DNA of 64,000 nucleotides from an uncultured Gemmatimonadales bacterium. GTDB taxonomy: Bacteria > Gemmatimonadota > Gemmatimonadetes > Gemmatimonadales > Gemmatimonadaceae. A model generated the notes under the pieces. The model ran no database searches. It saw only the letters and a program-made list of their open reading frames with translations, and was not told the DNA's origin. Shown one piece after another: positions 63,074 through 64,000 of the stretch; within the stretch, counting starts at the first letter, position 1, and the number at the start of each line of letters is the position of its first letter. The position numbers and the translations under genes were made by a program. The DNA lies in the NCBI GenBank assembly GCA_963851265.1, contig CAWKNZ010000012.1, forward strand, positions 41,855 through 105,854, given 5' to 3'.

Positions 63074-63781
63074 GTGAATGTGGAGATCTGGTCCGACATC
63101 GCCTGCCCGTGGTGCTACATCGGCAAACGGCGCTTCGAGCGCGCGCTCGCCGAGTTCGAGCACCGGGACGCCGTGTCGGTCGAGTGGCGCAGCTTCGAGC
63201 TGGACCCGCGCGCGCCGCAACGGCACGCCGAGCCGCAGGCGGTGCTGCTGGCGCGCAAGTACGGCACGACGGTGGCGCAGGCCGACGCGATGAACGCGCG
63301 CATGACCGCCGAGGCGGCGAAGGAGGGACTCACGTTCCGCCTCGACCGCACGCAGGTCGGCAACACGTTCGACGCGCACCGTCTGTTGCATCTCGCGGCC
63401 GATCGGGGCGGCCGGGACGCGCTCGTCGAGCGCCTGTTCGCTGCGTACCTGAGTGAGGGCGAGGCACTCGGCGAGCACGAGGTCCTGGTTCGGCTCGCGG
63501 CCGAGGTCGGGCTGGACACCGACGAGGTGCGCACGACCCTCGAGAGCGACGGCTATGCCGCCGCCGTGCGTGAGGATGAAGCGCGCGCGCACTCACTGGG
63601 GATCAGCGGAGTGCCCTACTTCGTCGCGGACGGCCGATACGGCGTCTCGGGTGCACAGCCGTCCGAGGTGCTCGTCGAGGCGCTGACGCAGGCGTGGCGC
63701 GAGGGGCACGCGCCGCTCCGGGTCGTCGGCGCGGGGGCCGGCGCGGGCGAGGGATGTGCGGACGGAAGCTGTTCCGTGTGA
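63074..63781 (+). CDS. DsbA family oxidoreductase (FrnE-like)
   Basis: WSDIACPWCYIGKRRF, NTFDAHRL, GVPYF, SGAQP and C-terminal CADGSC. GGAG RBS. Confidence 0.92.
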   Translation: MNVEIWSDIACPWCYIGKRRFERALAEFEHRDAVSVEWRSFELDPRAPQRHAEPQAVLLARKYGTTVAQADAMNARMTAEAAKEGLTFRLDRTQVGNTFDAHRLLHLAADRGGRDALVERLFAAYLSEGEALGEHEVLVRLAAEVGLDTDEVRTTLESDGYAAAVREDEARAHSLGISGVPYFVADGRYGVSGAQPSEVLVEALTQAWREGHAPLRVVGAGAGAGEGCADGSCSV

Positions 63782-64000
63782 GGTCGAGCGCTCCGGCGCG
63801 GCCCACGCCCACGAGGTCGTCGAGCGCGAGGCCCGGCGTCTCCAGCCGGCGGTCGCGCAACTCGGCCACAATGGCCGCGCGCACCCCAATTCGTTCCCCG
63901 AGAAGGGTACGGTCGCCCCACCCTGTCGGAGCCGTTCCCGGCCGCCGCGGGCCGCCCCGGCGCGACCCGCTTCCGCGTGCTGCGTAGCCCGGGCGCTGAC

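Overview
Very GC-rich (roughly three-quarters G+C by eye) bacterial DNA. Gene content (many orphan GAF/PAS histidine kinases, Tat-exported amidases, M28 peptidase, DUF1080 and PmoA-like proteins) resembles Gemmatimonadota, which is an inference. The left end looks like the replication module of a plasmid or secondary replicon. It has a divergent tandem winged-helix gene (missing from the ORF track), a 750-bp intergenic region with iteron-like GCGTACCGTCC repeats and an AT-richer patch, and a RepA-like initiator that appears to end in a DnaA domain-I-like module. The rest is densely packed accessory cargo: four orphan histidine kinases, an MCP, galM, a GH2 glucuronidase, an AraC regulator with two aldo-keto reductases, FdhF/YdeP, a Gfo-Idh-MocA/PmoA-like/DUF1080/NIPSNAP cluster, sthA, three amidases, detox-type small genes, a non-specific nuclease and several gene remnants. 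The strongest unexplained signal is the dispersed heptamer GTTAGGC/GCCTAAC. I counted 27 exact copies by eye, on both strands, and it is written into genes through otherwise rare codons (TTA, CTA, CCT) and through stop codons. No rRNA, tRNA, CRISPR array, transposase or integrase was recognised. Start codons were chosen by eye and family calls come from motif recognition, not database searches.
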